Of a stretch of 64,000 nt of DNA, positions 37,437 through 64,000 are shown in pieces. Location of the stretch: NCBI RefSeq assembly GCF_036321535.1, contig NC_087438.1, positions 106,330,001 to 106,394,000 of the forward strand, read 5' to 3'. Positions within the stretch are counted from its first letter, which is position 1; each line of letters opens with the position of its first letter. Both the position numbers and the translations under genes were made by a program. A model generated the notes under the pieces. The model saw only the letters and a list, made by a program, of their open reading frames with translations. It searched no databases and was not told the origin of the DNA. Source of the stretch: Camelus dromedarius (lineage: Eukaryota).

Positions 37437-37620
37437 GTTGAGAGCGTCCGGAGGTAGCCGCAGCTTCCGAGTTGAAAAAGAGGACCGCCACAATCCCGTC
37501 AGGCCCTGAGGCCGCCTCCCGGCACGTCGACGTCTTATTTACGCGTCTTATGCGCCCCTGGGGGCGGGGCCTAGTGCGACATGACGTCATCCGCTCGGAA
37601 TTTCTTCGCTTAACAATTGA
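37437..37620 (-). promoter_or_regulatory. RBM22: RBM22 CpG-island core promoter / 5' UTR
   Basis: GC box GGGGCGGGGC 37561-37570; perfect CRE TGACGTCA 37582-37589; ETS core CGGAAG (-) 37464-37469; TCT-like CTCTTTTT (-) 37482-37475; CpG-rich ~37000-37620. Confidence 0.85.
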
Positions 37621-37832
37621 TGTCCTGGAGCTTCTTTTGAGTTGGTGCCTGCAAGGGGTGAAGAGTCACAAGTACAATTGATTTATTTAAAAATAGAGTG
37701 AAAGAATAAAGGAACAAGTAATGAAGAATGGGCTGGGATTAAAATAGCGTTAGCCCTCACTGAGCGCTTATACCAAACGGTGGGGGAACGTCTTGCTGTG
37801 ACAGAGTCTTAACTCCCAAAATAGCCCCTCTA

Positions 37833-38010
37833 TAGGGTTGCCAGATTTAGCAAGCAAAACCCAGAATGGCTAGTTACATTTAAATTTCAGGTAAACAGTG
37901 AACCCTAGTTTAGTATAAATATGTTCCAAACATACGTATACTAAACAGTGACTTGTTTATCTGAAAGTCAAATCTAGCAGGATGTCCTGTATTTTATCTG
38001 GCAACCACTA
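37833..38010. mobile_element. MER53 hAT-type palindromic MITE
   Basis: Ends TAGGGTTGCCAGAT ... ATCTGGCAACCACTA; inner arms tttagtataaatatgtt / aacatacgtatactaaa. Confidence 0.85.
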
Positions 38011-38309
38011 CCCTCTAGGCAAGTATGATTGTACCTCCTTTACAGAAGGAAATTGAGGTTTAGAGGAATCAAGCAACTTGCTTCTGGTCATGTAGCTGAA
38101 AAAATGGTGAAGCCACAAATCCAAAGAGAGTAGTACTGTTTTTCCAACTTCTGAAATGAAAAGGGTCTTATGGATCAATACATTTATTGTTACAACATTT
38201 TTGGAACAACCCACAGCCACTCTGCCAATATTTCATGAATTTCAAGTGTTTTGGTACCACTTTCATAATTTTTCCCATATCCGTAATTTTTGACATGTCT
38301 GTCCCCTCA

Positions 38310-40400
38310 TTTCTTAAAAATCAGGTTTAAAGTATAATTTGCGTACAGTAAAATTTTACCCTTTTTAGTTGTACAGTTACAAATTTTTACATATATTTAC
38401 CACAAGTATACAATAGTTCCATCATCCTGAAAATTTCCCTTGTACTCAGTGAATCCATGATTCTCAACAGTTGGTCCATGGCAACCACTGATCTGTTTTG
38501 TCCCCATAGTTTTGCCATTTCCAGAATATCATAAATGGGATCTTATATAGCCTTTTGGATCTGATGTCTTTCTATTGGCATATATTTGAAATCCATCCAT
38601 ATTGTTACATGTATTAGTGATTTGTTCCTTTTTATTGTTGAAAAGTCCATTGTATGGCGGTACCAGGGGGTTAAAAAAATTGTCAGTTAATGGTTATTTA
38701 AATTGTTCCAGATTTCAATGAATATAAATATAGCTATTAAAAACATTCACGTACAGGTTGTTGTATAGACATAGGTTTTCATTTTCCGTGTGTAAATACC
38801 TAGGAGTGGGATTACTTGATAAAATAGTAAGTATATTTTTCCCTGTATGAGAAGTGCTTGGATTAATCTGAGCGAACTTCGGGCATCTGTGGTTTGTTGT
38901 CCTTCCTTGTGTTGTGAAAATTCTTAGGCATTGTCTCTTTAAATATTTTTCTGCCCAGTTTCTTCTCCACCTGGGACTCCAATTACACATTGGACCATTT
39001 GATATCATCCCATAGATCTTGAATACTCTATTATTTTCTTTTGGGGGGTTTCAGTTTGGGTAATTTCTATTGACCTGTTTCCAAGATTCTTGATTATTTC
39101 CTCAGGCATGACAAGGTCTTCTGATGATCCTGTAAGAGTTATCTTTGATCCTGTGGTTTTTATTTCAATTTGTCTCTTTCTTATAATTTCTACCTCTCTG
39201 CCGAAGTCTATTCGTGCATATTATACATATTTTCAACTAGATCTTCAACATGTTAATCAGTTTAAGTCCCTGTCCAATAGTTTCAACATCTGGGTCATGT
39301 CTGTATATGGTCTTGTTGATTATTTTGTCTATCACAGATGGGTTGATTTTTCTTACTTCTTTGTGTATCTCAAATTTTTTATTGAATGCCAGTCATCACT
39401 TATATAACAGTAGAGACTGAAGTAAGTAGTATTAATGCTTGGAAACAGGCAAGCCTCTTCTTCTCTAAGGCCATTTGTGTGGAGTTTGGTCAATCTTGTC
39501 AAGAATTGAGCTAGGTTTGGGTTTTGTTGTTGCTATCATGGCCTTCAGTGTACCAAGAGATTTTGCATCTGCTAGCGTTATTTCGTGTTTTAGGTTGGGG
39601 CTGAAGAAGTGTTCTCAAGTGTTCGTACTTTATCCTTAGCTTTCAGCTGTCCTGCACACCGCACCATAGTGGTGGTCCCTACCCCCTTGCCCACACCCCT
39701 AGCAGCTGATGTTTGTTACCAGCTGCTTGCTCGGTTGGTAGTGGGGGAGGAGTCAGTGTTTCTTTGTTCTAATTCAGCCTCAGTCTTCAGTTATGTCCTT
39801 TATGCCCAGGCCCTGGGAATGGGTCTTTTCTCAGCATTCTTGCCCCTCCTGTCTGTGGCAGCCAAACCATGACTTGTGTCAGTGGCTGGTCTTGTAGGGG
39901 ATTTTCCTGCCCCTCTTGCAGTGGCAGGAGGACTTTAATGGTATTAATATAAAATCCTGGGGCTCAGGACTGAATCCTGTCCCTCCCAAGGGTTGAGGTT
40001 TTTTTCTTACCTTGCCCCCGCAGCAGTGGGGCTTTATCTGTGCGCTGGGGAGACAGATTTTTCTGCTTCTCCCCCAGTGGTTTAGGCCATTTTGGTCCTA
40101 ATGAGGGAAGGGCCTACGCAGGGAGAGGCAAGATTTCGTGCCTTTCCTATGCCTCCTTTCCTTTGCAAGCCTCCAAACCTACGGAGGCTCCAGCACTCCC
40201 ACACCTGGTGGTTTTGGAAAGAGCTTGTGAGTGCATGCGAGATCCCTTGGTGTCACAGGTGCCCGGGGGTTTTATACTGTCCTGTTAGCCCCAGTTTGTT
40301 CTTTAGCAATTCTTTAACATTTTAGTTGATTTCCTCTCACCTGCTTGCATGGTGGTCAGCACTTCTTCCTCCCGTGCTCTGCTGCAGGTGAGCCAGTCTG
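38310..40400 (-). mobile_element. Old L1M fragments (3' end plus ORF1/5' region)
   Basis: ccatggcaaccactgatctgttttg...cctaggagtgggattac; ttctccacctgggactccaattacac ORF1-region signature. Confidence 0.7.
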
Positions 40401-41024
40401 CACCCACTCTCTCCTTGGAGGGATTTGTCCTTCCTTGACATTCAGGCTATTTGACTGCCCTGCCACATCAGCTCTCTTAAAGATCCAATAAAATGTCAGA
40501 TTTTGTAACCTATCCACTTTTTTTGTTTGAGTTGGGGTGACTTTCTTTTCAGATATCTACATCACAGGCACAAGTGGAACTCCTGAGTCTCCCCATTTTA
40601 CTTAAATATGTTTTTAAGAGGAACATTTTTGATCACTTCTGTAAATGGAAAATTAGTGTCACACGTGTAGATGTAGCCTTAAGAACAAGTATGATGAAAA
40701 TGAAACAATTTTTTTTAGTAAATAGAACTGTTGTCTGTCAAGGGCTCTGAGCCAGAAGCCTTTTTTTTTTTTTTTTTTTTTTTGTAAAAAAGCATACATA
40801 AGAGAACTGATACTTCATCCCTGATTTAACCAGAAGGATGGAGGAGAAGAGGTGGCCAGGGCACAGGGCGTGCAAATGAAACAACTGTCTCACTCTTTGG
40901 TTCCATATTATTTAATGTTACTTTCACTTAATACTTAGTCATCGTCTTACAGGTGGCTTGTATTGTGAACTATATTTCACTATATATGTCCCTGACCACC
41001 AGGAAATGGGGATGAAGTTAATTA

Positions 41025-41255
41025 CAGTTGACCCGTGAACAACACAGGTTTGAACCGCATGGGTCCACTTAACACACACTTTTTCCCCCGACCAAATACA
41101 TACAAGTACTACACAATCTATAGTTGGTTGAATCCACAGATACGGAACTTCAGATACGGAACTTCAGATACAGAGGGCCAATGGCAGAGTTATACAGATT
41201 TTTGACTGCCCCAGCAATGGGGCCCCTAATCCCTGCGTTGTTCAAGGATCAACTA
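41025..41255. mobile_element. Tigger2-family non-autonomous DNA transposon (MER8-like)
   Basis: 5' TA + CAGTTGACCCGTGAACAACAC; 3' GCGTTGTTCAAGGATCAACTA inverted terminus. Confidence 0.8.
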
Positions 41256-41639
41256 CATTGCAGCTGAACAGGTAACTTAGCCGAGTTTGAGTTTACTCCA
41301 GGCTACCCTTTGAATGGAATATAGGGGAAAAAGATGACAAAGGGGCCTGGATTTGGCTCTGCGGGAGTCTGCAATCCAGTAAAGGAGCTACACACATACA
41401 AAACCCAATACTAGGAAGAGGTAAATGCCCTGGAGAGGTAAGCACTACAGATTAAGATTACATCTCGATGGGACTAAAGGAGAGATGGGACAGAGAAGGA
41501 AGAGTATCCCAGGTGGAGGTAACACCAGAACAAGAAAGCTCAAGGCAGGTAAGATGTTAGGTGTATGACAAAAAGAGGCATGTGGATATTTTTTTTTAAA
41601 AGATAAGGGATCAATAGTTATATAAATAAGGGAAAGGAT

Positions 41640-43420
41640 GATGGTATTACTTTATTTATTTAACAAATATTGGTTGCCCGCTATTTTCCAGGCATTGCTC
41701 TAGGCTCTGCAGATACATCAATTAAAAAAAAGATAAAAATCCCTATTCTATGAAGCTTAAGTTCTAGTAAGATGAATCCAAAAGCAAAGTATGTAATGCT
41801 GTTTGATGATTAGCGCTACGGGGAAAAAAAGACACAAAGAAGGGGGATATGTGTTTCGGGGAGGGCAGTTTACATTATTAAATAAGGAGGTCAGGGGAAA
41901 CCTAAGTAGGAAACATGCGAGTAAAGACCTGACTGGCAGGGGTCTGAATTATATAGGTATCTGGGAGAAGGGCTTTCCAGACAGAGGAAACAGCCAGTGC
42001 AAAGACCCGAAGAGGCCACCTCCTGGGGTGACTTCAGCTGTCAGAGGTTCATGTGGCTGAGGTGGAGTGAGCACTGGGAAGCAGTAGATGAATCTGGGGA
42101 GGCAGGGGTGGGCAGTGAGTTTCAGGTCATGTAGGACCTCCTCAGCTATTGTAGGGACTCTGTGTTTTGCTCTTGAGCAAACTAAGAAGCCTGAGAATTT
42201 TGTTTTTTCAAGATAACAACAAATATTTATTATCTCATGTAGTTTCTGAGTCAGGAATTTGGGAGCAGTTTAGCTGAGTGGTTCTGGACCTCTTCATAGA
42301 GCTGGCTGAATGTCTTCATGACATGACAGCTGGCTTCTCTCAGAGCCAGAAACCCAAGAGAAGTGGAAGACACAGTGTCTTAAGAAGCCTAAGGATTTTA
42401 AGCAGAGAAATGACTTAATCACTCTGGTTGCAACGTTGAAAAGTGACAACAGTGGGGCAGGGACCAGAGTGGCTTCAAGACCAGTTTAGATGCTACTGTA
42501 AATCATTATCTAGAGCTCCATGTAGATGACGGTGATTTGGCCCAAGACAGTAATGCTGGAGAGGCTGTGAAGTGGTCACAGTTTGAAATCAGAGTTAAAA
42601 GTGTTTGCTGACATTGGCTGTGGCATGTTAGAGTCAAGGGCGATGCCAAGGTTTTTGTTGTGAGCAGTTGACGGGATACAACTGCCATCTAGTTAGGGAC
42701 GAATGCTAGAGAGGCAGAGGTGGTGGTAACAGAAAATCCAGGCTGTGGTCTTCCTAGACTTTCAGAGATAAGAGTTGGTATGTAAATTTGGGAAATGGCC
42801 TAAAAACTGGGTGAGATCACTAAGAGTGAGTGTAGAGAGAAAAGCACTGTAAGAAATGAGACCTGGTACACCCCAAGGCTGGGAAGATGGGAAAGAACTA
42901 GCAAAGGATACAGAAGAAAAGCTGCTAGTAAGGCAGAAGGAAAACCAGGAGAGTTGTGTTTTAGAAACCAAGTTACTCTTTCATGCAGGGAGACTTCAGC
43001 TGTCAGATGCTACTCAAAGACTAAACAGATAAGGACTGAGAACAGACCATTATATTTAATGGTGTAGATCGTCGGGGACCTTGACAAGAACAGCTTGGTT
43101 ACGTGGTAGGGGTGGCAGCCTCAGTGGAATGGGTTCAGGTGAGAATGGGAGGAGAAACTGGAAGGCAGAGTTAGGAGTTTTGCTGTAAAGGGAACAGAAG
43201 AATGGGGTGGTGGCTGAAGAGGGGTGTAAGGTCAATTTCTTTTTTTTTAAGGTAAGAGAAACGCTGATGGAAATGATGGAGGAGACGGAGGGGGAGAAAT
43301 GGCTGAAGCGATGTCCTTGAATAGCTAAGGGTATGAAATTGAGTGCAGTAAGCGGTGGGGCTGGCTTTAGACAGAAGAACATGAACAATTCATCTACATA
43401 AAAGGAGGGAAAAGCTGAGT
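41640..43420 (-). mobile_element. L2 fragments with an internal MLT1 fragment (~42210-42380)
   Basis: tttatttaacaaatattggttgcccgctattttccaggcattgctctaggc L2 tail plus L2 body text. Confidence 0.65.
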
Positions 43421-43744
43421 GCAGATGGAAGTGGATGAGTGGCTACTTGTGAGGGTTGGGCCATTTTGTACATTTAAAAGGCTGTCTTTGGGAGCAATGA
43501 CCCAGGATCAAAGCTGATAGAGGCCTAACAACATAACATTTACATAATGGTTCTGAGAATATGTTCATGAGGAGCGCAAGCAACATCTATCTACGTAATG
43601 TTACAGTGAAGTCACTTGATGAGGTTTCAGCTTAGTTCATCTGGAGAAATGGAAGGAGGGAGCACGCCCCACTGACTCTCAAGCTAACTGCTGAGTCCAC
43701 CCGTCATGCTGTTCCAATCAGTCTCCATGAAACCAAACAGAAAA

Positions 43745-46138
43745 CAGACTCAAGCTTTGTCTGCTTTATTTCACTACATTAAGTTAAGCAGTAAGGCAAA
43801 ACAGTAACCTGTCATTCATAAAGATCAAGGAGTGTCTCTCATTCCCAAAAGGGACCAAAAAGGATGCTTCTTCACAAATATGCATGACATTTAGCTCATT
43901 ACGCCTATAAGCACTTTGAACAAAAGAAAACTGTGGTGGGCTAATCAAATCACAAATTCAAATTCACTTAGCCTTAAGTTCCCCAAATTGTAGTTTCTAG
44001 TGCTAATGACATCTAATTCACCTGCAGTGGCACACACTGACTACGCTTTAAAAATCTTGCACCTGATCTAATATAAAAAAGGAACAAATAAAATTCCAAA
44101 TTTGCCAGCTGTAGGTTATTGAACCATTTCTACTAACACACAGAATTACCAGCTTGCACTGAAACTATCTTGAGGAAACATTAAATAAAGGCTCTGTTAT
44201 TCTACAAGTTAATTTGGCTTCTGAGGGAAAAAAATGTCTATGATCAAAAGTGTTTTTGTGTTTCTGTGTCACATGGGGGTGATGAGACCCATTACTTCAA
44301 CACTACTTCTGGGAACAAATACCAGCTATCCGCCATGAATGCACAACTATGTGTAGTCTACGCAAGCGTGTAAACATAGGAAGCTGTTCTCCACCTGGAT
44401 GCCCATCTCCTCCGCTGGCAGATATGGAGCATTGGCGTCACAGAAGGCGCTAGCACGTAGTGAAACACAAACTAATTTGACACTTCGTGGGGTCACAAAA
44501 AGTGTGCAAATTTGTCATTACACAACCTCCTGCCCCAACTCCTAAGATGCTAAGCCTTATTACTGTCTTCATATTAGAGATACGAGTAGTTTTTTCTTAC
44601 ACTGCAGTATATATATTACTCTGTGGGATATTGTTTCATAATATTGGCTTGATCGTTAAGAGTACTAGTTAGTGTCTTTCAAAGGCTTCCTTAATACTTT
44701 TATCTTCCAAGGGGAGCTGATGAGTTACTATGTCCTGTCTGTATTCTAGATTACTATATATATATCTCGTAATTTTTTTTAAACTAAAGGCTTTAACTTA
44801 AAAACAAAACCACGGTAAACAGGAAATTTCTCTTTTCCCCCGAAGTCTGTTGGCCACTTGCTAACAATACATTAGCAGAAAACGTGGTGCAGCTGGTGGT
44901 CTACTTTGTCAAGTCTCATTTCACAAAACATCACAGAAATTAAGGTTAGCAACCCAACTCCAGGAAACCCAGTGAAAACAGCATGTGCGCTGTTAGGCAA
45001 GTATTCTGCACTACTTGCTGAACTACTTGACAGTTTCCGGTCAGAATGGTCTTATTTGACACACTGTATGATAAAAGTCTCAAACCAGGGAAGGTTCTTT
45101 TTCTTAATTTCCAGTTTTGGATCAAGAGGTTATTAATTCCCCCTTCAAATCAACGGAAAGAACATTAGTTCAGATCATGCTAAACATCTAACCTTCAAAA
45201 TGTTTTCTGCATTCCAAAAGTGAACTTGTCCACCAAGTTTTCTTTGGGCTCTGTCCAGATCCCAAATACTCAGAACAACTTACTGAATTAGAGGCAGAAC
45301 AGAGGAGAAAGGGTAGGGAGAAAGACAAAGACTGCCCCCCTGTGGCAGCATCAACCCCTGGACATTGTGCCAACAGTTAAAATGAATGGAGTTTGCCCCC
45401 ACCATGACATGTAATTGTTTGCTTCTCAAATTCTCCCCTAAAAAAAAAAAGTCCATATTCTACTGGGAAAAACATTTTAAGGGCAAGTTAATAAATAAGT
45501 ATCCTATATTTACTTAAAAGAGGGCAAATGAGGGTGCCTTAACCATGTCACAGGTTTTTCCAATCATCACAAAACAAAAGACAATGTGACAATTCTATTT
45601 CCCATCAAATGGAACTCTATGGCAAGATGGGAGCCAGGACGGCAAGTGAAGGGATATATTTAGAGAGCTAGATTAAATCTAATGGAATACAAAAAAGCAG
45701 TTGGTGCGCTGAGACCAATGCTGGGTCATCAACAGCAGGTCTACCTTTCGTTATTTTAAGTTTCATCTGTGAGATTGGGATCCCTTATGAGACCAGATCG
45801 GGAGATAGTATGGTCAGTTTCTCAAGTGGTCAATCTAATGCCACTGCAAGGAACAGCCACTTGCTTTCTTGGTTTGGAACTATGCTGTTGTTAGTTAACG
45901 TGCAGGGTTCAGTGAGGGAGACACAGACTCACAGGTGTTAACAGAAGAGAGAGCCAGAGGAACAGCAGTCACCCTGTGTTCCTAATGCCGTGTCTAGGCC
46001 CCCACCCTCCTAGGAACAGGATTCAGTAGTGCATGGATACTGCATTATAAACAAGGCCCAAAGAAGCAGCGGCTTCCATATCTTAACGTGGGTTCATGGT
46101 GATACTTTCCTTTGGGATCTGCCCCCCAGGGGAACATT
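43745..46138 (-). other. DCTN4: DCTN4 3' UTR (~2.4 kb), AATAAA at 43765-43770
   Basis: tttatt on the + strand at 43765-43770, 2.37 kb past the stop; cleavage site inferred. Confidence 0.7.
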
Positions 46139-63062
<16,924 letters not shown>

Positions 63063-63599
63063 CTGCAAAATAAAGGAATATTAAACAAGATGTTCATAAT
63101 TTGATAATTTCATTTTCATGAAAACAGGTCATCTGCAGGCCACAAAAATAAAACTTAAAAACACAAAATCACACAATTTCCAAGAAGGAGCCCAAGAAAT
63201 TATATAGACCAGAGAACTCAGAATAAAAAAAAATTTTTTTTTAAATATAATGATGGTGATAATAACCACCACCACCACAACCACCACTACAACTAACACA
63301 CGTACAACTTTCTGTGCCAGATACTTGAAATGTATTACACTTCATCTTACTCTCATTAATAACCCTCTGAGATATGGACTCTCACTATTAGTCTCATTTT
63401 AGAAATGAGGAAATTGAGGCCTAGGGAGTTAAACAACTTGCCCAAAGTCAAAGAGACAGGAAGTAGCAAAGCCAGGATTCAAATCCAGGCAGTCTGACTC
63501 CAGAGAACTTGACGTTATCTGCAACACTGTGCAATTTCTATGTTCTACGACCTTGGTTCAGAGAATTTCTCTTCTTTTTCTGATTGGAATTTTTTCTTT

Positions 63600-64000
63600 C
63601 ATTTTTGAAATTTTTTATTGACGTATAGTTGATTTACAATGTTGTGCTAGTTTTAGGTGTACAGCAAAGCGATTCAATTGTATGTACACACATATATACT
63701 CTTTTTCAGATTCTTTTCCACTATAGGTTATCATAAGATACTGAATATAGTTCCCCGTGCTATACAGTGGGTTCCTGTTATTTATTTTATACATAAAATA
63801 AATCCTTCTCTCCATTCCCCTTTGGTAACCACTTTGTTTTTTATTTCTGTGAGTCTATTTCTGGTTTGTAAATAAGTTCACTTGTACCATTTTTTTGGAT
63901 TCCACATATGGGTGATATTTGTCTTTCTTTCTCTGACTTATTTCACTTAATATGATAATCTCTAGGTCCAGCCATGTTGCTGCAAATGGCATTACTTCAT
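63600..64000 (-). mobile_element. L1 3' end (runs off the window)
   Basis: ttttttattgacgtatagttgatttacaatgttgtgctagtt...ggtccagccatgttgctgcaaatggcatt. Confidence 0.85.

Noticed and set aside
36868-37590. 240-aa ORF from the CRE through intron 1, entering RBM22 exon 2 in frame
   Set aside because: The ATG is probably upstream of the TSS, and CpG-island sequence is naturally stop-poor. It would need a retained-intron transcript starting upstream, for which there is no evidence here.

Overview
Mammalian genomic DNA, very probably camelid (camel/alpaca/llama; inferred from a tRNA-type SINE head GGGAGGGTATAGCTCAA and an L1 3' end I recognise as camelid-type, with no Alu, B1, Bov-A2 or PRE-1 noticed). 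It is the block syntenic to human 5q33.1. It holds the last coding exon and 3' UTR of SYNPO (+), the full MYOZ3 CDS (+, 6 coding exons, 245 aa), RBM22 (-, 11 exons, 420 aa expected; most of exon 11 lies in a 132-N gap) and DCTN4 exons 4-13 plus the 21-nt alternative microexon (-; the 5' end is beyond the window). I rebuilt the exon chains by hand and the splice phases are consistent. Most non-coding sequence is old L1, L2, MIR, MaLR/ERVL LTR and DNA-transposon relics; family names come from recall, not a database search, and repeat boundaries are approximate. There are three N gaps. I see no convincing undescribed biological system. The best leads are a C-terminal motif shared by the neighbours SYNPO and MYOZ3, a GC-AG intron with an NMD-type cryptic alternative in the splicing factor RBM22, a TCT/5'TOP-like start in RBM22, and a YGCY-flanked DCTN4 microexon.
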